Part shown: positions 9,720 to 22,119 of the stretch, piece by piece
How positions within the stretch are numbered: position 1 is the stretch's first letter
How the letters are laid out: each line of letters begins with the position of its first letter
Assembly: GCA_000708835.1 (NCBI GenBank)
Contig: DF236979.1
Coordinates: forward strand, 1-64,000
Source of the DNA: Klebsormidium nitens
Taxonomy: Eukaryota; Plantae; Klebsormidiophyceae
Length of the DNA stretch: 64,000 nucleotides
Direction: 5' to 3'
Position numbers and translations under genes: made by a program
The notes under the pieces: model-generated
What the model saw: only the letters and a program-made list of their open reading frames with translations
Told to the model about the DNA's origin: nothing
The model's database searches: none

Positions 9720-12700
9720 CCTACAATTCTGGCGCGGCGCTTGAAAGGGTTCTATCAATCACTACTGGCGCATCTTCTGCCCGGATTCAGTCGCGCGGGC
9801 TATTTAAGACTGCAAAGCTGCAAGCGCGAGTCTGCGCAAGGCTTGAGGCGGTTGTTGTGGGTCCCACTTTGCCGCCGCTTCCCTCAGTGCACGGAGCTGC
9901 ACGGAAGAGCGGCACGTCTGAGAGGAAGCATCAGAGTACTCGTATCAGCATGATGCGAGGCTGCCCGCATCACAAATTGCTGCTCGCTAGAGTACTCGTC
10001 GCCTTTTACTTGAAGACCTCTATATAACACGAAGTCACCTTTCTGTAGACTTTGGAGCTCGGTCAGAAAGGACCCGATTCTGTATATGCGTTTCCATGGC
10101 GGCCCGCCGGCCTTACTTTTCGGCTGTAATCGCCTTTCAAATGCCTGCTTCCGTGAAGGCAGGGGTTATAGCTACGGGATGAGCTTCTGCCAATGAAAAC
10201 GCGAGCTTGACCACCCGTTGCTTGGGGCACAGGATCCGGCCGGATTTCGGGCCCCTCAGGAAATTAAGCTATGTGCCGGAGTATAGGGTATGTGCCGGCC
10301 TTCTGCAGGTCTTTTCTGCAGCCTCAGTAAAACAGGGCCTTCAAATCATCTGGCGTGTCCAATTCTGCTCGCATTTTTAGACGGGCGCTATAGCCTCACT
10401 ACTACGAGGCGCGTGCGCCGCCACGAAGCCAAGGCTTATATATAGTGGTCCTTGTTCGGATCGTCGGTGGCCAGAAGACGTCCGTTTCCTAAACGGCCCA
10501 GTAGGTTCATCGTTGAGGAACGGATGGGATTATATAGCGAGCCTCGCTGGAAGCCTCTCCAGAACGGTTCCTTCTCCAAACGGTCCCTTCTCCAAACGGT
10601 CCTCCGCTTTTCTCCCTCCAAATCTGGAGTCCTCCGAACGTTTTCTTGAGAGCCCCTCTTCCGCTTGCTCTAAAGGAAACTAGCTGCTGGCTGCAGAGCT
10701 AGAATAAAAGTGCCGATCTATGTGGCACACAAGCAATGATAACACCCTCCTCTCGGTGCATCGAAGGGCAGCTGTCATAAAAACGGGAAACGGGTGATGT
10801 TGAAGGGCTACCCTCTCAGGAATCCCTTCTCAAAATGCTCATGCAGGACACGAGGTGTCGTCAACCCAAGAAGCGCGTTGGCGTGCAGCGTGGGCCCTTC
10901 TGCCGCGAACGGAGACGAGCGGCCGTGGTCTGCAGGGGCGGCCTCCAAGTTAGGCCGAAGTTTTTTCAGAGAAGCCGCCCATTGAAGGCTCCAGAATGGA
11001 TGATCTTTGCGGTGTGATTTCGGACTCGTACCACGAATCAATTGAAGTACGCCACGCAGTGCAGTTGATGTTGCAGTATTACGTAGGTGACTGTTTGACG
11101 GACTCGCCCCTTTCTTCATTCTGGCGACTGGGACCGACATGTGGTGTCGTTACTTGTATCCACCTCATCACGTGCTGGGCGACACGTCTCCGCCGTCATC
11201 AGGCAGGACAACCTGTTTCAGGATACCTGAAAGTGCCTTGACGGTACACCAGTAGCGTCAAGATACTGGGATGTTTCTTTTGTTCTTTTGCATGTGCGAG
11301 AAGACATAAACGTGAGCGGGCCCTATATCGCTTCTGATTCGACAAGAGAGTCGTCAAGGCACCGGAATAAGCATCACCCAATCACCGTCCGCAGCAGCGG
11401 TCGTCATTGCAACAACACGTCAATTCCAATTGGAATTGACGTGTCAGGCCTCCTCGTGTTTCTGTACTGCTGGATCTTAGAAGTAGAGCCCACATCCTGC
11501 TGTGAGACCGCCCTGATCTCAAGGTGTTGCTTTCAGATGCGAGCTTGTGTGTTTATTCTCACGGCCTACAGTGAACCACTCGACCACAATTACAAAACAC
11601 AAGGCGAGAGAAGGGGTGGTAAGCCTTCTTTCAGTTGCCCCGGCCGCGGAGACTGACAGCCAGCTCCGAGCCCAGCTCTTGATCTATGTATCAATCTTCA
11701 GGTTTCTATTTTCCGAAGGACGGCCCACGAAGCTGCGCGGCCGGGCCGCGGTCCGCCCGACCCGGCGGCGGGACCGCCCGCCCCGACCGCCCATATGCCG
11801 CGGGGCGGGCGGGCCGGCCAGGTCGGCCGCGGCCACGTCGCACGTAGTACGCTGTGGAAACCCAAAACCTTCTGGCCGGGGTTTCAGACCTGCGCCCGCG
11901 CGGCATCCGCGCCGCTGGCGGCCTAGCAGGGTGTATTTGCTCTATTCGCGGCACGAGCTCACAAATGCAAGGTGTAAGACAAGCAGGGAAGAGATGGCGC
12001 CACGGTATCGCTTTGACCTTGCTCTCCATCTCACGCTCGGTGCTGTTGCATGCTTCTGTTTCGGAAGCAGCAAAGCGCAGGCTGCAGGGAATTACAGTGA
12101 CTTGAGCGTCTTGCGCCTTCCTGATCCAAAGCTGGTCAATGACTTTCTGCTTGATAGGTACTCAAACTGGACCAACCCTGTGTTGGGAGGGCAGGAACCG
12201 CAACCCCTCCAGGTCATTAAGTGCCAGTCCCTTCCCTTGGGAGTCACCTTTGACTTTTACCAAGTGCAGGCACCCGGCAAGGCCTGCGAGCTTCCGCCGC
12301 CCCTAGTTAGCTCCATTGAGCACCGCAAGCACATGGTTTCAGCTAAGATCGACTGGCTCATCTATTTTTATGTCTACTTGAGCCTAGAATGGGGACTTAC
12401 CTTTGCCGCCTTCTTGTCGTTAGTGGTGTTGTTCCCCGTGGTGTTCCTGATTGTCTCGTTAGGCCACATTCTGGCAGGCAAAGGAAGCAAGCCTGTTACC
12501 AAGGAGGCCTTTAGGCCGTACGCTTGGCTCTTCATTGCTGCTCTATTTGCATTGGGAGTGGCAATTGCGTCCCTGACAGGAAGCGCGGCGCACTGCCTTT
12601 GGCCCAAAACATGGATTGAGTACAAAGGCCCGGTCAACCTCCCTGACCCAAACCAAGGGTTAAACCAGTACCTCGCGTCCAAGCTAGGCGAAGACAGTGT

Positions 12701-13977
12701 AGATTTGCAGCTGTGCACGACAGATAATCTAGCGTTTTACATTGGTTTTCAGGCCAGCTGTGCACGTGTTGGGGAGCCTTATGGAGAGCTCAAGCCAGAT
12801 CTACAGAAGGCTGAGCACGATGCTCACCCATGCTCAGAGGACAACAAGAAACTGCTCTTTCTCTGTCTGGTTCTCGGGGCTATCGGGACCGGTTCTATGT
12901 TACTCTTTGCCGCAGAGAAGGGGTTTTGTATAGTGATGAAGAATTCGAAGATACGAAGCTTCAACTTCAATCTCAATAAGCCCCGGGTCACACCGGTGTC
13001 TTCTTCCAGGGAGGACGAAGCTGACGAGATTTAAGGCAGTGCCAAAGCGTAGGGCGGTGTGGCACGGACAATCAAAGGTGGGCTCTTGGAGAAAGCCTAG
13101 ATGCAGTCTAGAAGGTCAGGATGTTTTCAAAATGTCATGTGAGTAGAATCCAACAGGCAAGTACGTCAAGTCGAAACAGCTTTGATAGATTCTTATAGCA
13201 AAATAAGTCTGCGTCTATCTCTCTAATCAGGGTGAGTTTCGACCGCGCTTCGACTAGAGTCCTTCCTTTGAAGGACTTCTGCTTAGATATAGTTTTGACC
13301 TCTCTCCGTATTGCTTCTCACGGCAGGATAACATTGATTACTCCTTATGCGTGCACTGAAAGTTCTAGCTGCCAGTGGATACATAAGCGGAATCTGCCTG
13401 ATATCCATTTCCATGTGCCGCCTTAGGGTCCTGGTCATGTCCTGAATGCGAAGCCTCTTGTTAGTCCTTTGAGTTGATAGATTGGCCTCGTTTTCGGATG
13501 TGGGACAGTCCTTCGTATTCGGTACCAATAGAGTGAGCGAGCCCTCCTGGTGACGACTCCCTTCATAGGCGTCTTGGCACACATCAGGTAGGGGCACCCT
13601 TTGGGGTTTACAAATTTTGCTGCACCCTGCCCCCGCGCGCCATGTTTCGGCCATATGCCTTAGCTTCCTCGCCGGCAAGACTGCCCGTTTAGCGTGAAAC
13701 ATGCATATGGCACCATTCTGCATGTGCACAGTGGCCCTATCACTCAATGCATCGTGGACGGATACCTGGCCAACAGCTTGTGGTATGACGTACTTCCACG
13801 CCTTCCGTGGTCCACTTCAAGTGATAGACCTGCTTGTAAGTGCTTCCTATTAGTCCTAGAAAGAGGTCGACCAATCAAAACGTCAAAAAAATAAAATTGA
13901 AATCTACTTTACATTTCCTCGAGATTCGGACGTTCCATGTTTCCTGGTCTCTGGGCTGATGCGTCCAAGAGCAGATG
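9720..13977 (+). repeat. Tandem segmental duplication, unit B (~4.3 kb, diverged)
   Basis: Same collinear anchors as unit A. Confidence 0.8.
11994..13034 (+). CDS. Intronless uncharacterised membrane protein, copy 3 (346 aa)
   Basis: The start at MAPRYRFDL (11994) matches copy 2. The upstream part of ORF 11547-13034 is read-through of the GC-rich promoter. Confidence 0.88.
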   Translation: MAPRYRFDLALHLTLGAVACFCFGSSKAQAAGNYSDLSVLRLPDPKLVNDFLLDRYSNWTNPVLGGQEPQPLQVIKCQSLPLGVTFDFYQVQAPGKACELPPPLVSSIEHRKHMVSAKIDWLIYFYVYLSLEWGLTFAAFLSLVVLFPVVFLIVSLGHILAGKGSKPVTKEAFRPYAWLFIAALFALGVAIASLTGSAAHCLWPKTWIEYKGPVNLPDPNQGLNQYLASKLGEDSVDLQLCTTDNLAFYIGFQASCARVGEPYGELKPDLQKAEHDAHPCSEDNKKLLFLCLVLGAIGTGSMLLFAAEKGFCIVMKNSKIRSFNFNLNKPRVTPVSSSREDEADEI

Positions 13978-15395
13978 CACAACGAAGTGATCCCCCATTA
14001 CGTGTTCTTGAGTATTTGCTGCATAATTGGTCTGTGTCGTGGATCCCGCCACCACGCGTCATGCGAGAGCGCGTTTTTTCTGCTGCATAGATGCTTGAAA
14101 GATGCCGCCTGAACTGCGCTCGCTTCCAAGGGCACCTTTTGGTCGGCGGCTCCATCACATGGTTGTTCAATCAATGTGAGCGGCCGCCTAGACGCCGGAG
14201 CGGATTCCGACCCCTGTAATTAACCGCATGTAAGAGTCGAGCTGCCACACCGAATGGTCAAATGGGCGCTGACTCGGAACTTGATATTCTTTGGCCACGT
14301 TGAGATCACCATGAACCGTACTTGAAATACAGAAGGGCCCTTAGATCTCTGAGGAGAGCCTCAAATCGGGTTCGGATCATGATAACGAGCCCTGGCGGCG
14401 CGGCTGCATGCCTCGCTCTCTCACTCAGGCACTTGATTTAAAGATTAATCTGCATTATTACGCCGGCGTTTGAGTAACAAAGCACGCTATGATACATCAG
14501 GCTCTGTTTGCAACCTTGCCTAGATTGCTTCTGATCAGTGCTGCTGATTGACGTCCGGATGGCCAAACGAAGGTGTGAGGGTGATTGATGAGCTGCGTCG
14601 CCCTCGCGCCGCGCAATACTGGAGTGGCGAGATGAGTGAGTACACTCCAAAAGGAGGCGAATCAAATACTTCCGGAGCCCCCTGTGTCCCACCAGTGCGA
14701 ATCGCTGAATCACCTTACCTTTATTAGAGATCCGCGCTGCTCGCTCCGCGCCCATGAAGTCCCTGAACCAGCAGGGAGCCAGCACATCCCGACTTGCTTG
14801 TGCTGCAGATGTCATCTGCACTGAGTGCCGTCTCGCTCTCTGAGGATCCTGTGAGGGTCGGACGGCCCTGCCGCCGCTACCGACGTCGGACGTCATTTAC
14901 AGGGCCAACCGATCGGATCGACGGCCGTGACGGTGTCACCAGCAAGGCGGCCGCGCGGCTAGCTGGCTTTACCGCGCCCGGGCGGCCGCCGGGAAATGCT
15001 TCGCGGGGTTTGCGATTTCTGGGCCGGGTTCGAAACATTTAGACCGTCCGATGTTCGAAATGGAAAACATCCACCGTCCAATAGGGGTTTGATTCTCTAG
15101 GTCACGTACCCCCTGGTCATCAGTGATTGCGCGGCGGTGGCGTAGGCGGCAGGCCCGACTTACGAAGTTACGTCTGCATTGCTGCTTCGTAGTCACCGAT
15201 TCCATTACAGGAGACGAGCCTCACTTGAGAGGCCTAGGGTTGCAAGCCGCAGCTGGAGAAGTCTGGAGAAGTGATGCGCCCTTCCTGTTCAGCTGACAGC
15301 GTCGCCGCGGTGAATGCGGGCGGCGACAACTAGCAGTTGTATAACGACAAGTTTTGAAGTTCCCTGAGAAGGAGAATTTGAACATTGACGCAATC

Positions 15396-18186
15396 ATGGC
15401 GCTTGCGAGTTGTAGCCTGCATTTGGCCCCTGTTTCATTCCAAGGAAGTCCTTACCTGTCCAACCAGCACCTCAAATTAGGACAATATTGCAATGTGCAA
15501 TCTTATGGGCACAGTGCAGTCACTCGGATCAACAGAAGCAGTACGCTCGCCCAAAGTGCCAGCCAAATATCTCCCACCAGCAGGACAGGCCCCATGAGAA
15601 CAATAGCTGGTCATAGGAAGAGGTCTAACTCTTACTCTTCAACTGCACCACCTTGGAAGCCACGCTTGTTCAACTGTAGTGGATCACAAACTCATCTAAG
15701 AAGCAGAGAAGAAAATATGCTACAGAGTTCCTTGACACCAGGCAGAGGCTACCCCAGCTATGTTGCCTTGAGCAGTGGCCTTGCCAGTCATGCAGGCTGG
15801 AAAAGCTTTGGAGTGTACAGCGCACCAGGCCGCCGTGTGTCCCAGCGACCCTCTAGAAAGTGCCGGCAGAAGAACGTGATTGTAATGGATCTTTTCGATG
15901 ACATAGCGGACTTCTTGGCTGACGGTGTCCGTCGGACGGCCGTCATTATTGGAGCTGCAGTCCTTGTGCTTGCTCTGGGCTCATTCTCTTTCGTCCCTTC
16001 TGGTGAGTGCTGTTGCTCAAGCTTTCATCCTGCTGTCTAGCAAGCCACTGACAACGACTGATATGACGAATAAGCATCTTCTTTGATGACGAATGTCTCC
16101 TTTCAAGCAAGGAGGAATGTGCCACTTGTGACGAAAATTGAATTTTGTCAACTTCAGAGTCTGTCAGGAATGAGTCTTTGCAGCTGCCACTAATTGATCA
16201 GTACACTCGACCTCCTCTGCTTCTCTATTGTTGACGATAATGACTCTGTTTACTTTCGAAATCGCTCAACGTGTACAAACAAATGTGAGTTGGCATGGAC
16301 TTGCCTTTGTCTCTGACTCTTGATAATTAAACTATGTATTTGAATCCACAGGATCCGTTGGCATTCGAACAACTTTCGGACAGGTCGAGCGCCAGGCGCT
16401 TCTGCCGGGCCTGCATTTCAACTACCCGCTCGTGAGCGACATCCGGACCCAAACAACCAAGACGCAGCTCATCGTGGCTGACGAGAGTGACGTCCCCACC
16501 AAAGAAGGCCTGGTGGTCGAGCTGGACGTGTCCATCCTGCACTCGCTGCAACCGGGCAGCGCCGCCGATCTGTACATCACGGTAAGCCAGATCAGAGGAA
16601 GGACTGGAATTAGAAAGGCAGTCAGCAAGTCAATTCGAGTAGCTTCAAATATTGAAGGAAATGGAAACATGCAGTAGGACGTTCAACTTCTTGTTGGTGT
16701 TGGGATATCATATGAAAGCGAGCAGCCGTTCAGCAGGGACTGCCAAACCGTTGGTGTCTCGTCTAAGAAGATTTAGCCATATGGAATCATGAAGTTAACG
16801 AGGCCATTGTTAACCAAGTCTTTGGTCAGACCTTTTCCGGACCTTGATTCAAAACCTCGCGTGTCGTCGAAGTTTGGATAGACAAAATAAGTGCAGCGCG
16901 TTCACTAACAGGTAAGGCGGGCGTTGCATCAGGTGGCGAAGAAGCAGAAGATAAGAGCGTGGCAGAGTCCAAGCAGATCTTGAGTCTCATACCGCACAGA
17001 AGCGCTCGACTTCGAGGAGCGCTTTCCCGCACTGACCAGAGCTACGGGTCACGACGTATCTATCCCGAGAGTTGGAGCCCAAAAGAGTCTTATGATCGTT
17101 TACGAAGGTAATCATCTTTCGACACAATCGAAAACGATGCTTCTCTCCAGGTTGGCCCCGACTACGTGAACAAGATCATCCTGCCCGAATTGCATTCCGC
17201 GGTGGCCAACATTACGTCCGAGTACAGCGCGCGCGCCTTGTACACGGACGCGCGTGCGCAGCTGACGCGCGAGCTGACGTCATACCTTCAGCAGAAGCTG
17301 ACGCACAAGGGAATAGTCATCGAGGATGTGCTCCTGCGGGCCATCAAGCTGCCGGAACAGCTCACGAACGCAATCCAGGACAAGCTGCGGACCGAGCAGG
17401 TATGTGACCGATGTGATCCTGATGAAGTCTTTGGTTACTTGAACCGCTTGTTGCAAAATTTTTGCGACGGCCAGCTTTAAGGACGGCCGCCGCCAGCTTC
17501 TTCCTACGAGGTTGTCGATGGGCGCCTTTGAAGTTTCCAACAATTGCAGCGGCCGAACCTGCCTCCGGATTTCTGAAAAGGTTTATTACAATCAAGGACG
17601 TCGGTCAGGGGTATAAAGCGACTCGCCGCCATTTTGAAAATTGTTTGACTTCTCTTTTACCGATCGTAGAAACATGCAACTTCGCGACGGGGAAAGGAGT
17701 ATCAGGAGCAATTTGATTGGAGAAAGAGGCTGCAGCCTTTCAACCGGATGAGACGGCTGGATCCCTTTTCAAGCGGATGAAACGGCTGAATCCCTCTACA
17801 AAGGTTTGACTTTGATCGCTCTTGCGGCTCGATTGTCGACATTGATCCCAAGACTTCCTTCGAAGTGTGCGTTCAATCCCCCATCTGCTTTGACAAGGGG
17901 TCTGTCGTGGCGTGTTTCTCAGGAAGCCCAACGGATGGAGTTTGTCCTCCTGAAGGAGCAACAGGAAGCGCAACGGAAGAGGATCGAAGCGGAGGGCATA
18001 GCTACGTTCCAAAAGATTGTTTCTGAGGGCATCAGCCCCCAATTGCTGCAATGGAAAGGAATTGAGGCCACCCAGGAGTTAGCAAAGTCGCCAAACTCCA
18101 AGATCGTTGTGATAGGGAATGCCAAAGACGGCTTGCCAATCATTCTCGGGGGTGAAGCTGAGATAGTCAAAGCAAAAAGCAGGTGA
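15396..18186 (+). CDS. SPFH/band-7 (prohibitin-like) protein A, prokaryote-type, predicted plastid-targeted; 449 aa
   Basis: Exons 15396-16002, 16352-16581, 17151-17399, 17923-18186 (GT-AG, phases 1,0,0). TM anchor followed by FVPSGSVGIRTTFGQV...DVPTKEGLVVELDVSIL...IEDVLLRAIKLP...EAQRKRIEAEGIATFQKIVSEGISPQLLQWKGIEAT...GLPIILGG. Confidence 0.9.
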
Positions 18187-18639
18187 TCTAGACCTTGCGT
18201 CTGCCTGGAAACTTTATACTCGTTGACCTTGATCCTCGAGCATATGATCGTGATCATCCAGCATGTCCCTGAATAGCTCCATGCGTCCTGTTCATTGAGT
18301 GCCACGTATACGTATACGTTTACGTATAGGTATACCTGCTTGGGTATTCCGCTCGACCATGACGAGTCAGCCCCCAAATAGCGGTGATAGCACCAGTCAA
18401 ACAGTCAATGTGGGATCGGCGTCGACTGCTCCCTGTTGTCAGCTTTCCGCTGTCAGCTATTGTCCACCATGGAGATTGCATCCCGGCCTTTGTCTTCACC
18501 ATTCTCAAGATAAAACGATCTCATATGCCAGTTTGCTTCCGTGATTGACAAAGGACGTTACAATCCACGGAAGGACTGCGTGTGAAGCTTCCAAGCATGA
18601 ATATTGGATCAAATTTGAATTCAGCCATTTTCGTCTTGG

Positions 18640-18840
18640 CTGCGAATGAGCGGCCGCCACACCGCCCGGCGGCCGGGCCCGGCCGGTGCGCTCCGTACGC
18701 GCGCTGCGCGCGGAGGCCGCTTGCGCCCCGGGCCGCCGCGCTACCTCCGCCCGGTCAAGCCTGAGGAGTCACGTTCGTTTTCAATCGTTGCCCGGTCCGC
18801 GCGGCCGCGTCGGCCGGAGGTTTGTCACCAACCGTCGGTG
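18640..18840 (+). promoter_or_regulatory. GC-rich promoter patch upstream of SPFH gene B
   Basis: CpG-dense stretch ~220-420 bp upstream of the ATG at 19059, like the patches upstream of other genes in the window. Confidence 0.45.
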
Positions 18841-19058
18841 CCTTGCCCTTGATCTGATCACCGTATCTTTGAATTGCGACGGAGGATACGCGACCGTCCT
18901 TATCGAACTTCGCGTCTTCTTCATGAGCAGTGGCTCAGAAATTACGCACGGGATGCAGCAGCTGTGGAGGGCAAGTATTGGTGATCCAGTTCGAGGCTCA
19001 ATCTGCAGTTGTTCGCTGCATAGAGCAGCCAAACTATCAACAGCGGATGCGATCGACC

Positions 19059-21522
19059 ATGGCGCTTGCAGCTTGCAACCTGCCTTCGGCCTTTGCGTTC
19101 CACAATAGAGTCGCCGCACCTTACAGCTTCCAGCAGAATGGTACATTTGGATGCGTGCAGTCATGTCTGTCGCAGTATGCAAACAAGGGAGCTCTCGGGC
19201 ACTCTTCAACGGCCATCCATTTTGTGTGTAAAGCGCACAAATCCTCAACCAGAGTTGCTCAGAGGAGTGTTAGAGTCATCCCACAGAGCTGCCTTGCCTT
19301 GTCCTCCAAAGCAGCCTCGGAAAAGAAACAGCTTGCTAAGGAGGTACCAAGAAAGCAGAGTGTGCTCCAAAGCTCCTTCCTGTGCAAGCAAAGCTCGAGC
19401 TATGTTGCATTGAGCAGCAGTGTCCTTGTCAGTCATGCTGCCTGGGCAATCTTTGGACTGTACCCCGCCTCAGATTCAACTCTTTCTCACCAGACAACCA
19501 GGAAATGCCGGACGCCTGTGATACTTGCCGGGAGAGGCCCTGCACGGGGCACGGCGTGGACGTTCATAGGCATTTTCACTGGAGTCTTTGTGGCTGCTTT
19601 GCTTGCTCTAACTTCGTTCGTCATCGTTCCATCAGGTCAGTGTCTTTGATTTTTCCTGTGCAACTATACCCCGATACAAATTCTTGGTTTGGTGGGTGAA
19701 CGTGCTTCAGATCCTCTTGGCATGACACAAGCTGAATGAAGTATCTTCGTCTGTGAGCTAAGTTTGCGGCACTCCCAAACTGGCTTCTTGTGGAGATAAG
19801 TAGTTTCGCTTTCTCCCCGGTGAAATCACACAAAGTTTCTGCTTTGACTCGGTGAGCTAATAGAGTCTGTTTCTCAGCAAGCTGGAAGTTTCTGTCTTGC
19901 ATGTTGCCACTCACGTAAGGTGGCAAGCCGTTATGACCAACCACACCAGATTTCCAGATTCTCCTCAGCTTGATTTGACAAAAGTAGACGTAATCTGACC
20001 TGACTTTAACAGAATCCTCGTCTTCAAACTTTCAATATTCGCACTGTCTGCTTCACAGGATCCGTTGGCGTTCGGACGACGTTCAGTCAAGTCGAACGCC
20101 AGGTGCTTCAGCCTGGCGTATATTTCATCAATCCGCTCGTCAGTTCAATTCAGAATTTTACAACCAAGACCCAGCTCATTGTGGCTGACGAGAGTGACGT
20201 CCCCACCAAAGAGGGCCTTGTGGTCGAGCTAGACGTCTCCATACTGCACTCTCTAGAGCCAGCCAAAGCAGCGGACCTGTACGTAACGGTAGGCCAGCGT
20301 TCTAAGATTCTTACTTGCTGTTTACCCCTTTAGTTGAGCAAACAAGCTTCTGACTGGACGGAATGTTTTTAGATGGAGAAGTCAAAACGAATCCTTAGCA
20401 GTGTGCGGGCATTGGAATGTCAGCACGTTTTCATAATCATAAGTGAAGTCCATACCTAGAATTGAAATCAGCAGGTTGTTTTAGAACGATTCAAAAGACC
20501 ACCTGTCAAGCCTTGAACGAGTCGGCAAATCCACGTCACTTACTGCGCCTCAATCGTTTCAAGGCGTTGAAATTTACTTTACAGGATTGCGTTAAAGAGC
20601 GAGCTTCGCCTCTCTTCAGTGATCTGTACTTGAGTTTCACCGGCACAGAGGGTTAGGATGGCGATCAGTAGTCTAAAAAGAGCATCGAGCACAATCAGGT
20701 CTCCCCACATCCGCATAAATTCAAGCCCCGCTTGATCGAACACAATTGAAGGCTGCTTACACATTTATTTTTAGGTGGGCCCCGACTACGTGAACAAGAT
20801 CATCCTGCCGGAACTGCACTCTGCGGTAGCCAACATCACGTCCGAGTACAGCGCGCGCGCGCTGTACACGGACGCGCGCGCGCAGCTGACGCGCGAGCTG
20901 ACGTCGTACCTTCAGCACAAGCTGAGCCACAAGGGGATCGTCATCGAGGACGTCCTCCTGCGGGCCATCAAACTGCCGGAACAGCTCACGAACGCGATCC
21001 AGGACAAGCTTCGGACGGAACAGGTGCGTGACGTCAGCATGCAAAACGCGTGTTCTGCACTTCCAGATGGAAAACGCATTTCGCTGCACTCTGAAGCTTG
21101 CAAGTACTAAAGGTTGAAGCTCAACCTACCGCCGGGTTTGCATCCTCTCTGACTCTTCATGAATTTGAGAGAAATTGGATTCTTTCCTGACCTTCGTCAT
21201 GACGCTTCACTCCGCTTGGAAGGCGGAAGACTGAGCGCTCGTTCATAATTGATGGTCTTTCCGGGTTCAGGAAGCCCAAAGGATGGAGTTCGTTCTGCTG
21301 AAGGAACAACAGGAAGCGGAACGGAAGATGATCGAAGCGAAAGGTATTGCCACCTTTCAAAAGATTGTGTCCCAGGGCATCAGTCCCCAGTTGCTGCAGT
21401 GGAAAGGGATTGAAGCCACGCAGGAGTTAGCCAAGTCGCAGAACTCGAAGATTGTTCTCATTGGGAACGCGGCCAATGGCTTACCCATCATTTTGGGAGG
21501 GGCAGATAACAAGAAACGCTAG
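19059..21522 (+). CDS. SPFH/band-7 (prohibitin-like) protein B, tandem paralog of A; 435 aa
   Basis: Exons 19059-19635, 20059-20288, 20775-21023, 21271-21522. Intron positions and exon 2/3 lengths (230/249 nt) are identical to gene A. Confidence 0.9.
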
Positions 21523-21996
21523 CGTGGTATAGGTTCAAGCTAACAATCTGAAAACTGTATATAAGGCGTACGGTTATCTGTGGAATCGATTTGGTCCGAG
21601 TCATCATGGGCGGTGACTCGGTCACAACTCTTCCCTTGATGATAGCTTCCGATATTTAACCTCAGCCCAAGCAGACCTCCAAAGTTGAATACCTGGAGAA
21701 TGTTTTCCGGACTTTGTTATGATCAGCTTTTTGGGAAAGTCGTACTTCGAGGTTTTCTGACCTTCCAAGAAAATTATGCGTTGATGGGATTGAATGCAAA
21801 TAATCCTCATGGATACGGCCGCCGGCTCCTACCGAGTTTCACATTTGTTACAGACGTTACACCGCAGTGATAATGCTCGCTTTGATCATGCATTGTAGAT
21901 TTGTCCATGTCGTATTCATCCGTGTTACGTCATGAGGAGCTAGAGTGTCACGAAAAGCGTGCATATACTATTGAACACGAGTCTGGAAATGAGACG

Positions 21997-22119
21997 CTGC
22001 TCGATCATCTTCGAGGGAATCCCCGGGCGGTTCGCAATCGATATTTTGCAGTATTGGGAGCATGACAGTAACATATGGATTGCGAGCGCCCAGGGATTCC
22101 TTCGAAGATTATCGAGCAG
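21997..22119. other. 123-nt foldback hairpin (candidate small-RNA precursor or foldback element)
   Basis: Arms 21997-22039 and 22078-22119 are reverse complements apart from 4 substitutions (one G-U) and 1 indel. The inner 38 nt can pair further. Confidence 0.75.

Noticed and set aside
10563-10606. Short 16-bp tandem (cttctccaaacggtcc) x2-3
   Set aside because: A local slippage repeat absent from the paralogous unit A; no functional indication.
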